Shown here in pieces: positions 44,560 through 58,274 of a stretch of 64,000 bases of DNA. Source of the stretch: Octopus sinensis (taxonomy: Eukaryota). The position numbers and the translations under genes are program-made. Location: assembly GCF_006345805.1 (NCBI RefSeq), contig NC_043023.1, forward strand, positions 8,680,001-8,744,000, written 5' to 3'. Position 1 is the first letter of the stretch, and each line of letters begins with the position of its first letter. The notes beneath the pieces were generated by a model. That model saw only the letters and a program-made list of their open reading frames with translations. It made no database searches and was not told the DNA's origin.

Positions 44560-46100
44560 AGTGAATTTAGCTCCAGCGACATATCTTAGAAGCGTCCGGT
44601 TGAACAATGACTTGAACATTATTCCGGACAACATTATGAAGGGTGACGCTACCGGGAAGGTAAGAAACGTGGTGCGATTTGTACAGCAGGCGTTCCAATA
44701 TAATTTGGGCTTTAAGGAAAGCAAGAGCAACAAGCAGGACAGTTTCCATAAGAATCAGCGTCAGGTGGCAGAATTGAGGAAAGAGAAAGACAGCTTAAAC
44801 ATGGTGGAAAGAAGCATACGGTGAAAGAACAAAATTAGTTAAGTTGAGTTAATTTTTTGGCTCAAAACTCAAAAAGCAAGGCCATGTAGGGGGACATGGA
44901 GTTACGTACAGGGTGGTGTTCATGCAAAGGGTTCCGGCCATTTCTGGTCAAGAGAGACTTTGGATCGAGCGGTCGTCGTCATCTTCACTATCTCGTCCGG
45001 CAGCTTATTCCACAGATCCGCAACCCGGGCGGAGAAAGCCCCTCTCCTTCGATTGAGATGAAATTGTCGCAGATAGAGCTTTTCGGAGTGACCCCGCAGC
45101 CGACGCTTTGGAGCAGGAGTGAAGAACAGCTCGTTCGAGAGGTTACACTTTCAGTTTATTGTGTTGTGAGCGAGATTGAGATCACCACAGCGTCATCGTT
45201 TTTCTCGAGAATAAAGGTCGAGCGTCTTCAGCCTTTCTTAATAAGACAAATGCTTGAGACCAAGAACCGTGCGGGTAGCCAGCGTCTGGACTCTTACGAG
45301 ATGAATTAGTTTTAAAGCAACTGAGCACGGAGTTACGAAACATTCTGCTCCATCTGCGCACGACAGAATCATATTGGAAAAGAGAGAGAGAAAGAGGGAC
45401 AAAGAGAAATAGAAAGAGACCAAGAGAGGAAGAGAGACATACATGGAAAGGGAGAGGTGGAGACAAAGGAAGGCCTTTATAAACGCGGGAGATTAATATA
45501 CTGTACGGAAGACGAGGAGAGCAGAGTAACATCTGTGAATGATGTCCCAAGAAGAAATACCCCTCTCTTCTGGTGGAGGGTTATCTTTTCTAGGGACATC
45601 ATGCACAGAAGAGAAGGGAGGTGCCCTAGTCTACTCAGAATGACCCGAAAGCACATCAGTGATCGGCAATGAGGAAAAGGCGAACAGCTCACTTTCTGTT
45701 GTTTGGTTGGATCTCGACAAAGCGTAACTAAGCGTGTCCTACCAGTTACTTCTAAATGAAATGGAGAACTCCCAAGTAGCAACGGACATAGTTGGACTAA
45801 CAATGTCCCACATGTATTCGTTGAGGCTGAGATTTACCGTGGGAAATTTCACAACAAAATGGTAGAGATGAAAAGGGCATTATGTTAGAATACCTAATTT
45901 CCGGGGAGCTAATTGTGGCAGCCACGAACCTATTGCGAGAGGTTGTGGGGAGCAGAGAACCGGTCCCGAAACTGACGGAAACATACGAAATCCACTATGC
46001 AGGGCATTCAGGAAATCCTACGATTACTGAAGGTAGCAAAATAAAGGTAGAAAATCTACCGTCCTCGCAGCTTTATAGGAACCGTGGCGAAACAATGCTC
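44560..46100 (+). mobile_element. Highly decayed Hero/NeSL-like RLE non-LTR element, interrupted by a CR1 fragment
   Basis: RQVAELRKEK (~44760). SLSVVWLDLDKA*LSVSYQLL (~45690-45750) resembles VVWLDLANAYGSVPH. ISGELIVAATNLL resembles ISPILFVAAMNLL. Confidence 0.5.
44870..45370 (-). mobile_element. CR1-clade LINE 3' end (second family)
   Basis: LRGHSEKLYLRQFHLNRRRGAFSARVADLWNKLPDEIV...LD, the CR1 C-terminal signature. Confidence 0.85.
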
Positions 46101-46321
46101 TGAGATCCATACAAACACAAACAACCACCACTAAAATTTATGTGAATATAATCATAGAAAAAGAAATTTAATTACGAAAAGGAGCAAAACATGGAATACA
46201 AAACAATTGTAGACTGATTTAACTTCATTAATGATCTTTCCTCTGCAGCATGCTTAAGGAGTCTTATGACCGATAATTAAAAAATCAGAGAATTTTGGAG
46301 GAGTACTTTTCCTCTTTCCAG

Positions 46322-46384
46322 AGTTGTAATTACAAGTGTTTGAGAACTGGAATTGTACAAAACGGCGAAAAACACAGAGGCAAA
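46322..46384 (+). other. Candidate 63-nt exon
   Basis: Acceptor TTTTCCTCTTTCCAG and donor AAA|GTAAGA. Only one frame is open (SCNYKCLRTGIVQNGEKHRGK). Could be chance. Confidence 0.25.
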
Positions 46385-46773
46385 GTAAGATAAGAAAAAG
46401 ATTCGTTATAGTAAAAAAACAAATTCAGCAAGCATATAATAATTCTAAAACTGAAAAAAATCTCCTTTGAGCAGATGAGAAATGTAATTTCACAACTAAA
46501 ACGAAATACAAAATTTAAATTTTTTGATCATATATAAGTAATGTACTTACATGTTCTCTCACAAAGCCATTCCGAACTCTCCGATGTCGAACTGAACAAT
46601 GAAGCTTTGGGGCCGCAATTTATAAAAATGTGCGTGAGCGCACATGCATCTGTTTCTTAAATGGCAAATGGTCATTGATAGGTTATTCGCAGAAAATGAC
46701 CTCAGAGAATTTGAACAAGAGAGAATGGCTTCTATCTTTCTATCTATCTCTTTATTTTTCTGTCTATTTATCG

Positions 46774-46808
<35 letters not shown>

Positions 46809-46843
46809 TATATAAATATGTGTGTGTGAGTGTGTATGTGTGA

Positions 46844-46880
<37 letters not shown>

Positions 46881-47403
46881 ATCATCAATATATATATGGA
46901 TAACTAGAAAGATAGATATACACATATGCGCAATACATAATTAATCAATTAGTTATGACTTGTCCAGAAACTTCTTGGGGAGTGTTGGCTTTCATATCAG
47001 TTGCTTTTGTGGTTTTTTCTCTCTTGTGTTCTTTCGCAATTCCCAGAATAATTTTAGTTGCTTCTGGGACTGACCAGCTACTTGCAGACTAATAGCTACT
47101 TGCTTTTGGGATTGACTAGCTTCAATTAATTGATGTCATCAAAGTAGTGAAAGAACAGAGTTACACATAAATGAGAATCCGATAAATATTTTAAGAGGTC
47201 AGTGTATATTTGTATACTGGGAGAGGACCCCTTCATACAAGATTGCCAGGATCGAAATGTGCCTTCTTCTTTGAAACACCCGGTACCCTCTGTTGTAGGG
47301 TGCTTCTTGATGCCGGGGATGAGGGCGACAATTGCCAGTTTTAATATGGAATAAATCTGTGTGTCGGTCTGTCTGTCTCTCTGACACTACTTCAGTGTTT
47401 GTG

Positions 47404-47722
47404 AGGGCGCGTGGCTTAGTGGTTAGGGCATTCGGCTCATGATCGTAAGGTTGTGAGTTCGATTCCCGGCGACGCGTTGTGTCCTTGAGCAAGACACTTT
47501 ATTTCACGTTGCTCCAGTCCACTCAGCTGGCAAAAATGAGTTGTACTTGTATTTCAAAGGGTCAGCCTTGTCACTCTCTGTGTCACGCTGATTATCCCCG
47601 AGAACTACGTTAAGGGTACACGTGTCTGTGGAATGCTCAGCCATTTGCACGTTAATTTCACGAGCAAGCTGTTCCGTTGATCGTATCAGCTGGGACCCTC
47701 GTCCTCGTAACCGGCGGAGTCT
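47404..47722 (+). mobile_element. tRNA-derived SINE family B, full length
   Basis: A box TGGCTTAGTGG (47412-47422), B box GAGTTCGATTCC (47455-47466), central TGTGTCCTTGAGCAAGACACTT motif. Confidence 0.88.
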
Positions 47723-47769
47723 TTAAACTTCAGTGTTTATCAATCTATCAGTCAAACTGTCTCTCTGTC

Positions 47770-48375
<606 letters not shown>

Positions 48376-48725
48376 CAATCTATCTGTCTATCTCTGTCTG
48401 TCTGTTTGTAAGTATCTATTTAACTTCCATCTCTGTCTGTCTGTCGCTTTTATATCTGACTGTACATCTTTTTTTCAATAAATGTATGTGTATATGTACG
48501 TACGTACCTATATGTATCTATGTATCCACGTATGTAAGTATGCATGTATGTGTGTGTATGTATGTTGCGTGTGTACGTATGTATTTATATTTTATGTATG
48601 TATATGTCTATATATATAAATATCAATAATAACAAAGGGTAAAATTAATTAATTAAGAAGTAATCAATAATTTCACCAAGTAGAATTCGGCATGAAAAAG
48701 GACCATTTCATGGTAAACTTAAGTA

Positions 48726-49009
48726 ATACTAAATAATTAGGGTTCAGCAAAGATTTGCTTCACCACATACCGAAGTTTAGAAATAGCAGCCAAAAAACGT
48801 TAGCTATTTCTTCTACTTTAAAAAGGGACTCCCAGAAAAACCAAAATGCTTGAAAACACCAAAATTCTGTGTGGTTTGTTTTCAAGTATTTTGGTTTTTC
48901 TGGGAGTCCCTTTTTAAAGTAGAAGAAATAGCTAACGTTTTTTGGCTGCTATTTCTAAACTTCGGTATGTGGTAAAGCAAATCTTTGCTAAACCCTAAAT
49001 ATTTAGTAT
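48726..49009. repeat. Inverted repeat, ~132-bp arms (48726-48857 / 48878-49009), 20-bp spacer
   Basis: ATACTAAAT...CCAAAATGCTTGAAAAC is mirrored by GTTTTCAAGTATTTTGG...ATTTAGTAT. Confidence 0.95.
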
Positions 49010-49224
49010 CTAAATATCTATATATAAATCTGTCTATTTATGTATCTGTCTATCTTGCAATCACTTAATCTGCCTGTCTGTATGTCTCTGTCTTTCTGCC
49101 TCTCTGTCTGTCTGCCTCTCTGACTGTCTACTTGTCTTGCTAGTTTCTATTCATCTGTTTGTCTATCTGTCTTTATGTGACCGAGTGTCGTTGTGTATAT
49201 GGTTGCGTGGGTGTCTATCTGTCT

Positions 49225-49394
49225 CTCTTGGTAAATAGCTGGCTTACCAACCACATGGTTCTGGGTTCAGTCCCACTACGTGGCATCTTGGGCAAATGTC
49301 TTCTGCTATAGCCTCGGGCCGACCAATGTCTTGTGAGTGGATTTGGTAGACGGAAACTGAAAGACGCCTGTCGTATATATATATATATAGATAG

Positions 49395-49480
<86 letters not shown>

Positions 49481-49695
49481 TTATGTTTGTGTGTCTGTGT
49501 TTGTCCCCCCCACCATCGCTTGACAACCGATGCTGGTGTGTCTACGTCCCCGTCAATTAGCGGTTCGGCAAAAAGAGACCGATAGAATAAGTATTGGGCT
49601 TACAAAGAATAAGTCCCGGGGTCGATTTGCTCGACTAAAGGCGGTGCTCCAGCATGGCCGCACTCAAATGACTGAAACAAGTAAAAGTGTAAAGA
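49225..49695 (+). mobile_element. SINE family A
   Basis: Family body with an expanded (TA)n tract and tail. Confidence 0.88.
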
Positions 49696-50004
49696 GAGTA
49701 AGAGTAACTACTTTTCTGTCCATGTCTGTCTCTCTGTCTTGACCTCTCTCTCTCGCTTCTACCCTCCATACCTACCTACCTACCTACCTACCTACCCACC
49801 TATCTATCTGTCTATCTCTCTATCTATCTATGCCTCTCAATTTGTCTATCTATATGAGTCTGTTACTCTCTCCCTTTGTCTCTCTCTCTCTCTCTTATTG
49901 ACAAAGCGCTAAGTTACGGCGATGTAAATACACCGTCATCAGTTGTTCAGCAGTACGCGCGACAAACACAGGTGCAAATACACACATACACACACACACA
50001 CACA

Positions 50005-50078
<74 letters not shown>

Positions 50079-50109
50079 AATATGTATATGACTGGGTCAT
50101 AAATCTCTT

Positions 50110-50508
50110 TACTCTTTTACTTGCTTCAGTTATTTGACTGCGGCCATGCTGGAGCACCGCCTTTAGTCGAGAAAATCGACCCCGGGACTTATTCTTTGTA
50201 AGCCCAGTACTTATTCTATCGGTCTTTTTTGCCGAACCGCTAAGTAACGGGGACATAAACACACCAGCATCGGTTGTCAAGTAATGCTAGGGGGACAAAC
50301 ACAGACACACAAACATATACACACATGCATATATATATATACATATATGCGACGGGCTTCTTTTCAGTTTCCGTCTACCAAATCCACTCACAAGGCTTTG
50401 GTCGGCCAGAGGCTATAGTAGAAGACACTTGCCCAAGTTGCCACGCAGTGGGACTGAACTCGGAACCATGTGGTTGGTTAGCAAGCTACTTACCACACAG
50501 CCACTCCT
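50110..50508 (-). mobile_element. SINE family A, inverted relative to 49225-49695
   Basis: Reverse complement of the family consensus, ending CCACACAGCCACTCCT. Confidence 0.88.
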
Positions 50509-50514
50509 GGGCCT

Positions 50515-51435
50515 ATAATGCGTTTCTTTATACTTTTATTTTTCAAAATTAAGATAATGTTCTCTTTTTTATCTAAAATATATTCTTTCATTTTCTATAA
50601 TCCTCTTCCATTTGTTTGGTAAACTTACAACATTCCTCTTCCAAATATCGCTTGTCCGTGACCAAAAATACTTCTCCAGTACTGTTCTGACCTCGTCTAG
50701 AGAATTCATATTTTGTCTGTCGAATAAAGGATAATCCAATGGGGCAAACATGGTGGGTGGGGCATCGTTTTTCATTCAAACTGCTCCAACCTTTGGAATG
50801 TCATCCTTGCTGTATATAGCCGAGCATTATCCTGATGGAAGAACACCTTTCGTCTTGAAACCAAAGATAGTCGTTTCTATTCTAGCACTGACTTGAGCCG
50901 TTTAAGCTCCTCGCGGTAAATCTCTTGTTATCGTTTGGTTTGGGCTTAAAAGTTCAAAGTGGACTAAACCTTTCATATCTCACTGTTCTCACTGTCTTAG
51001 GCGCATGACATTTTTATAGAGAACCCATTTCTCGTCACCAGTCAATCACTATTCGGACGGAAAAAAAGGTTCATTCGTGAGATGTGACAGAAAAAATTAA
51101 CACGCATTCACCCTCCGTACGCGATGTGTTTCGGAAATTTTGTGACGAACCCATTGACCCAATTTGCTGACATCCTATGACACGCAGGTGTCGATGAATG
51201 GTTGAATGACCAAATACAAGCTGCTCTGCTAGTTCCTCAACCGTTACAATGGTATTTTGTTCCAATAGGGTTTGCAGTACGTCCTCGTCGAGCTCTACAG
51301 ATCTTCCCGGACGAAGCTCGTCTCATAGGCTGCATTTTTCGGCTCGGAATTTCTGGATCCACCGTTGACACTAGCTTAAGCTTAGTTCGAACCCTGTACA
51401 CTGCGTTAATGTTCGTCCCGCTTTCCGTTGCATAG
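50515..51435 (-). mobile_element. Decayed mariner transposase (Tc1/mariner)
   Basis: Across frameshifts: TVEELAEQLVFGHSTIHRHL (HTH), WVPH, TGDEKWVLYK, FHQDNAR, PHPP, and SLPNKWKRIIENERIYF at the C-terminus. Confidence 0.9.
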
Positions 51436-51715
51436 ATATATATATATACAGTGTAAAGAATTATTAATTTAATAATTAATAACATTTACGAAGTAGTTCG
51501 GTATGGAAAAAAAACATTATCGGTAAAAATTTATATTTTATATTTTTGTATATTATATTAATTAGTTTTATTTCTATGTTTTGGTTTATGTTTTTCACTG
51601 TTTTATTTGCCTAATAGTGGTTTTATCTCTAATATAATATATATATTTATACTGTGAAATTTATATGAAAAAACAAGTCAAGATAGAAAATACTAAAATA
51701 ATTTTCTAAAGAACA

Positions 51716-51758
51716 TTTCAGTACCGGTTTCGGTCATTTCAGACCTTTTCAACTGTAA
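51716..51758 (-). ncRNA. Minimal type I hammerhead with U3-A8 core (paralog of 39749-39791)
   Basis: Identical 43-nt motif on the minus strand: TTACAGTTGAAAAGGTCTGAAATGACCGAAACCGGTACTGAAA. Confidence 0.65.
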
Positions 51759-52129
51759 CTATTAAATAATTAAATTTAGAAAAATTAAAAGAAAAGGTTT
51801 TTTAAACAATACTTGTATAGTGTTCAAATATAAGTGGCATTTTTCTTCTTTCTGCCTTTCTCTGTCTCTCTTGTTTACTCTTGTGGGTTCAAGGTCCATG
51901 TGAATTCTTGGTAGGGAAGAAGAAGAAGAATATATATATATATATTTGAAGGGGGTGTGGAATTATTGTGTTCGTAGGTTTGCTCCCTGCCATGAAATCG
52001 ACATTGCCTGTACATGTCCAGAAGTGTGCCACACGTCAGATGTCGAAATGATTACAGAACAACTCGTGAAATGTATTGTTTTACTGAGTGTAACACCCTA
52101 ACCATTAGGCTACGGTGTGTTTACACCTT

Positions 52130-52304
52130 TTCTCTTTCTCTTTCTTTTTTACTTGTTTCAGTCATTTTAGCCGAGCAAATCGACCCCAGGACTTAATCTT
52201 TGTAAGCCTAGTACTTACCTATCGGTCTCTAAGTAATCACTAAGTAACGGGGACGTAAACACACCAGCATCAGATGTCAAGCGATGTTGGGGAGACAAAC
52301 ACAG

Positions 52305-52374
<70 letters not shown>

Positions 52375-52535
52375 CAGGCTGCTTTCAGTTTCCGTCTACC
52401 ATATCCGCTCACAAGGCTTTGGTCGGCCCGAGGCTATAGTAGAAGACACTTGCCCAAGATGCCGCGCAGTGTGACTGAACCCGGAACTGTGTGGTTGGTA
52501 AGAGAGCTACTTACCACACAGCCGCTCCTGCGCCT
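52130..52535 (-). mobile_element. SINE family A inserted after the segmental duplication
   Basis: The empty site at 40152-40180 reads GTTTACACCTATGTATTTACAG. Here the SINE separates ACACCT from ATGTATTTACAG. Confidence 0.9.
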
Positions 52536-53301
52536 ATGTATTTACAGCGAAAATTTCCCCCTAATACAACAATATACTGTGAACGGCTTTTTTACGGATT
52601 CGAGTAGGCCTCAAGCATATTTGAACTGGTAACAAGCTGGTAATTATACACATTGTTTACCGCTTTATTACCCTATGTATGCATACACACACACTCAAGC
52701 ACGTACACATATCGTAACACGCTATTTTGTTTTTTTGTTCTTTTTTGCTTGTTCTACTGTTTTATTTGTTGCTCTGTTCGATCCATGGAAATTATTTATT
52801 AATTACTGTGATAATCCCATCACCTTTATTGTTATTCGAATACATTCAACATTTCTAGTTTCTAATGTCACCCTGTTGGCCTGATAAATTCATTTAATAT
52901 CATAATATCTTCTATAGACACACTCCTTCTCAGCTCGTTTCATTATGTAAATGATAATTTTGCTAATGATTCCCACTGAGCTTTGTTGCTGCTATTGTTG
53001 TTGTAGGTGTTGTTAATGGTGGTGAGGAATTGCCCTGGTTCTAATCTTACTGCCATATACAGAGTGTTCGGACTTACTTTCATAGTTTGCATAACTGGAA
53101 AAGAGAACACAGAATCCCATTCAAAAATAAAACTGTTTAGAAAAGAAATATTAACTCGATTATGGCTGAATTTTCGTATTTTATATTTATTTTATGTTCT
53201 TTACGTTTCGTGGTGTCCTGTGCCGATATACGCATGTATATACAAATACATGTATGTACGTATATACTTGTATGTATGCATATATATTTATATATTATTT
53301 C

Positions 53302-53462
53302 AGGAGTGGCTGTGTGGTAAGTAGCTTGCTTATGAACCATAAGGTTCCGGGTTCAGTCCCACTGTGTGGCACCTTGGGCAAGTGTCTTCTACTATAGCCT
53401 CGTGCCGACCAAAGCCTTGTGAGTGGATTTGATAGACGGAAACTGAAAAGAAGCCCGTCGTA

Positions 53463-53516
<54 letters not shown>

Positions 53517-53727
53517 TGTGTGTATTTGTGTGTCTGTGTTTGTCCCCCTAGCATTGCTTGACAACCGATGCTGGTGTGTTTACGTCCCCGTCACATAGCG
53601 GTTCGGCAAAAGAGACCGATAGAATAAGTACTCGACTTACAAAACAATAAGTCCCGGGATCGAGTTGCTCGATTAAAGGCGGTGCTCCAGCATGGCCGCA
53701 GTAAAATGACTGAAACAAGTAAAAGAG
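53302..53727 (+). mobile_element. SINE family A, full length
   Basis: A box, B box, body and GAAACAAGTAAAAGAG tail. Confidence 0.9.
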
Positions 53728-54608
53728 AGAGTGTGTGCGTTTATGTGCATGTGTGTGTATGTGTGTGTGTACCTGCGTGTGTATATGCGTTTATACTCGT
53801 ACCTTCAAATGATATTTTAAACAAACACTTCCTAGCTTAAACTAGTAAAACACGCAAAAAAAATAGAATATTAAAAATGTTTCATAAAAGTATTTATTGT
53901 GCACAAATTTTCCTTAAATTATTCATGTTTGCTCCCTCTCGTTGTATGCTGTTTGCTAGTATCAAGTATACGTTGTCCTCGTGTACCATCTTGTAAGTTT
54001 TCGCTTTCATTCTGACTTGCTTTGTGCTTCTTTTTGGGAATCTTTTCCTTTTTGAACGGCAGATGTCAACACAATTTCTAGTTAACTAAACACTTTTAAA
54101 CTTCGTATGTTGGTAGAATGTGTTTATAAAAAATCATTTTTTCTTGGCTTTATTGAGAAAATTCTATATGTTGTAATATATTTCCACTTTAAAATCGAGC
54201 ATTTCGGCAATTTTAACCAATCGCTCACCTCCATTTGGGGTGAAAAGATTCCGTGCTGCATGAATATGTCCCTTGTTTAAGAAACAGATTGGGTTTATTT
54301 ACATTTGCGAAGAAAAAAACATGGTGAAAGAAAGAGTTTAGTGGAATAGTCCAAATATATTTCGTGGCAATCAGAGCATTAACTTAACCACCGACATACT
54401 ACAACCTCTGTTGTCCTCTGTCTCCTTCCTAGTCCTCTGCTACCACAGCATCCTTTACTTCACTAAACTAACGAGTTACATAGCAACTCCATGCAGATCC
54501 TCTTGGCAACCGTCTTCACACTCGTCTCACCACCCAGACTCCGCACAAACCATTTTATCCAATCTTTCATTTCCAGAAAAATCAAGACCCCTCTACAGTT
54601 CCTTCCGT

Positions 54609-55198
54609 ACCCTCGTTATCCTAGCAGACATCGACTTACATACAGTCAAGTTGAAAAAAAATCATCGTCTTTGTTAAGAATGTTGGAGGAGCTGTAAATG
54701 TCATGTCACCGTCACATCTCATGACTAAGTTATATACGATCAGAATGACTATTTGACGACATCATTGAACAACCAACTCCACTCACTGAGTACAGATCAG
54801 ACGATAAAAGAGAGAAGCCCCAAAAATTTCACGGAGGTAAAATTCGGTGGTTACGGCTTGACACACTTTTTGCCAGGGGTGGTGATTGGGTATCCGTTTG
54901 CTCCCTTTTGGATGTATCTAGTTTTACAGACAAGTAAATATGTGTCACAATTGATAACGGAGGTCAGTTCCACCATAATAAAACTCTGAGTGATGCCAAT
55001 CACCAACCGTCTGCCTCCCTCCGATCCTTAAATGCCAACACCTAGCAGAATGGCAAGGAGTACCATTGTTTAACAGTCGCGGTTACGACTCGGCGGTTAC
55101 GACATGACATTTACAACTCCTCCAACATTCTTAACAAAGACGATGATTTTTTTCAACTTGACTGTATGTAAGTCGATGTCTGCTAGGATAACGAGGGT
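54609..55198. repeat. Inverted repeat, ~99-bp arms (54609-54707 / 55101-55198), ~390-bp spacer
   Basis: ACCCTCGTTATCCTAGCAGAC...GTAAATGTCATGTC is mirrored by GACATGACATTTAC...GCTAGGATAACGAGGGT. Confidence 0.92.
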
Positions 55199-55289
55199 GT
55201 TTGCTTGATCCCAGAGGCGATTATTAATTAACAGATGGTGATGCATTGGCAAAAATGGATATTTTAGGTTTTATTTCTTTCACGAAAAA

Positions 55290-55594
55290 TCTTTAAATAT
55301 AAAATTGAAGTTGTGTGTGTGAGACTTTGTCTCCTACGATTTAGATTCCTAACTACTCCCACATTTTTCGGTGCAGTTTAACTAAAAGCGGGTATCTTAT
55401 AGTCGTGATTCACATCGAGTCCTTCTGGGTATTAGCGCGCGTCTACAATGAGTCTACGATTTAAAAAAATTTACCATCATTTTTCCGCATTTTTAATGAT
55501 TTTTGCTCAGGTTATATAAGGGAAGTAACTCTCTAAAAATGCTTATATAGTTATTTCCCTTACAAACACGAGCAACGCCGGGCGATACTGCTAG
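55290..55594 (+). mobile_element. Short non-autonomous Helitron (~305 bp)
   Basis: A|TC-TTTAAATATAAAA start and GAGCAACGCCGGGCGATACTG-CTAG|T end. Near-identical to 56784-57087. Confidence 0.85.
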
Positions 55595-56783
55595 TTAAAT
55601 ATATTAGGAACAACTCAACCTAATCTATCCTCCCCGTCTCGGCGAGAAGCTTGATAGTCCAGCATGTCGAACATATAAATCATCGGTCGTATCCCTAGTA
55701 TGAAATGTCTAGTTCTTGGGATATTATATATTAAGTGCCACTTTCGTACTTGTCGGCTTATCACCATGTCTCTGTCTATTAGAGTCGATGTAATTGTCTT
55801 TCAACTTTAACCTCCGTAAGTCTAATTCTATAGAGAAAACGAGGGCAAGGAGAGAAAATATACGGGCGATAATGCCAGTTATACGTGGTTTTACGCAGTT
55901 TAGGGAGACAAAGATGAAAGGAAATGGTTTAGAGCGAGTCATGGGGATGAGAGGAGGAGAGATAGTTATATAGAATGTGTCCTATTGGGGATGGGACATA
56001 ACTTGCTAGTTCAGTGAGACAGAAGATTTTGCAGTAACAGGAGAATTGACAAAAGGAAGCAACACAGTTTTGTGTGAGAAGTTTATCTGACAACAGAAAT
56101 ACATTATGGACGCTAATAATGTCCCATAACCGGCATACAAAAATATCAAGATGAATCAATATGGCAAAGTGTATCGTCTGCTGAAAAGATGTCGACCGTT
56201 AAAACATCCAATTTCTTTATTAGCCACGAGGACCCAAACATTGAGGGGGGCAATACAGCCTGATTGGGGTCAGACACACAATGATTATATGACTTTTAAA
56301 ATTTTACAAAATATAATGAAATCGAATGAAATCGAATGAGATACAAGGACGAAATACAAACATGAGATGAAGCAGAGAGATGGCTTACGCTCCGACCCCA
56401 CGAGCCCCATTCTCCTACTGAAACTTTTGTATGCAGACTTATGACATGTTCACGAGGGATCTTTCATTCCCAGCACCCTCGCAACATGCAACCATCTTTC
56501 TTTGAACATTTTCTTTGAATGGCATCTTCGCCCTCATTAGGTGGGTATTTTGCTTGATTCAATGTGTGGTAGTATTAATTAATAGAAGGTAATAATTTAT
56601 TAGCCAGAGGAAAATCACACCGAGTTATTAGTTCCGTATGTCTAACAAAAAGATAATTAACAACTTATGGCAATTAATTCCCACCAGCAGCAGCTTCTTA
56701 GTGGGGATTTATGCTGCTCTGCATCTCCAACATACAAAAAGAGATATCGTTAGTAAAGTCGACTATGTCTACCTGAGAGGACA

Positions 56784-57087
56784 TCTTTATATATAAAACT
56801 GAAGTTGTGTGAGAGTCTGTCTCCTCCGATTTAGATTCCTAACTACTCCCACATTTTGCGGTGCAGTTTAACCAAAAGCGGATATCTTATAGTCGTGATT
56901 CATATCGAGCCCTTCTGGGTATTAGCGCGCGTCTACGATGAGTCTACGATTTAAAAAAAAAATTACCATCATTTTTTCGTTTTCTTAATCCATTTTTTGC
57001 TCGGTTTATATAAGGGAAGTAACTCTCTAAAAATGCTTATATAGTTATTTCCCTACAAACACGAGCAACGCCGGGCGATACTGCTAG
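56784..57087 (+). mobile_element. Short non-autonomous Helitron (~305 bp)
   Basis: A|TC-TTTATATATAAAA start and the same GC-rich subterminal motif with CTAG|T end. Confidence 0.85.
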
Positions 57088-57394
57088 TTAAATGTGTTAG
57101 GTGAGATGTTTCAGAGCGATGATCATTCCCAGCATTCATTACGAACAGGTCTCGTGACAGCCACTAACTGTATTGTGCTACAGAGGACAAATTCTTTTAT
57201 ACCTTTTATTTTAGTATATCATCATCATCATCATCATCACTATCAGAGTTCAGATCCTGCCGAGGTCAACTTAGCTCCCTTCATCCTCTCGGCTCGATGA
57301 AAGAATGTACCAGTCATGTACTGATATCAGTATTATCGAATACACCATCTTACTCTTCAGAATTGCTGGCCTTGTGCCTAAATCAGAAATCCTT

Positions 57395-57582
57395 ATATCA
57401 TCATCACCATCATCACCATCACCATCACCATCATCATCATCACCACCACTATCATCATCATCACCATCATCATCACCATCACCATCATCATCATTATCAT
57501 CATCATCATCATCATCACTATCATCACCATCATCACCATCATCATCGTCATCATCACCATCACCATCATCATCACCATCACT

Positions 57583-57613
<31 letters not shown>

Positions 57614-57696
57614 CCACCACCACCACCATCATCATCATCACCACCATCATCATCACCATCATCATCATCACCATCACCATTATCATCATCATCATT

Positions 57697-57736
<40 letters not shown>

Positions 57737-57800
57737 CTATCATCATCACTATCATCATCAATATCATCATCATCATCGTCATCACCATCATCATCATCGA
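57395..57800. repeat. (CAT/CAC)n trinucleotide microsatellite
   Basis: Direct reading. Gives poly-His, poly-Ser and poly-Met frames. Confidence 0.97.
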
Positions 57801-58274
57801 CAGTTGCTTATCTCTTGGAAATTATTGTATAGAGAGGGAAAAGAGCGGCTGTAGTGGGAAAATTGTAGGAAAAGTGTGGGGAAAGTGTGGGGAAAGTGAA
57901 GAAACGTATGAGAATGTCAAGTAAAAGTCTGAAGAAAGTTTGAAGGAAAACACGAGAAGGAAAAGAAAAAGTTAAGAGACAGGAAAAAGCAGTCGGCAGA
58001 GAATAAGATAAATGTGGATAATGTTGAGAAAAGGTTAGGTAGGGTGGGGAAAAGTCAAGGCTACTTGAACTTCTCAAAGGATAACCATTGATTGTTAATT
58101 ACTATATCTGGTTGTTGCACTGTCTTCCCCAATCAAAATTCAGGGCCTGAATGACCCTCTTCCAACATCTCTAGATTAGAACATTCATGGGTAGGATGCT
58201 GGTCTACTTAACATCTGGTACACCTTTTATTATCAATATCCATATTCAGCAAGACTGGAGAATGAAGATGAGTT

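Noticed and set aside
46551-46720. Minus-strand GTAAGT donor with upstream open frames as an exon
   Set aside because: No clear acceptor and no recognisable product. Frames are inconsistent with the neighbouring candidate exon.
47404-47475. tRNA gene
   Set aside because: A and B boxes are present but there is no complete cloverleaf, and it continues into a SINE body. The same applies to family A heads.
57297-57854. 185-aa poly-histidine protein
   Set aside because: A pure (CAT/CAC)n microsatellite open in several frames, with no unique coding flanks.
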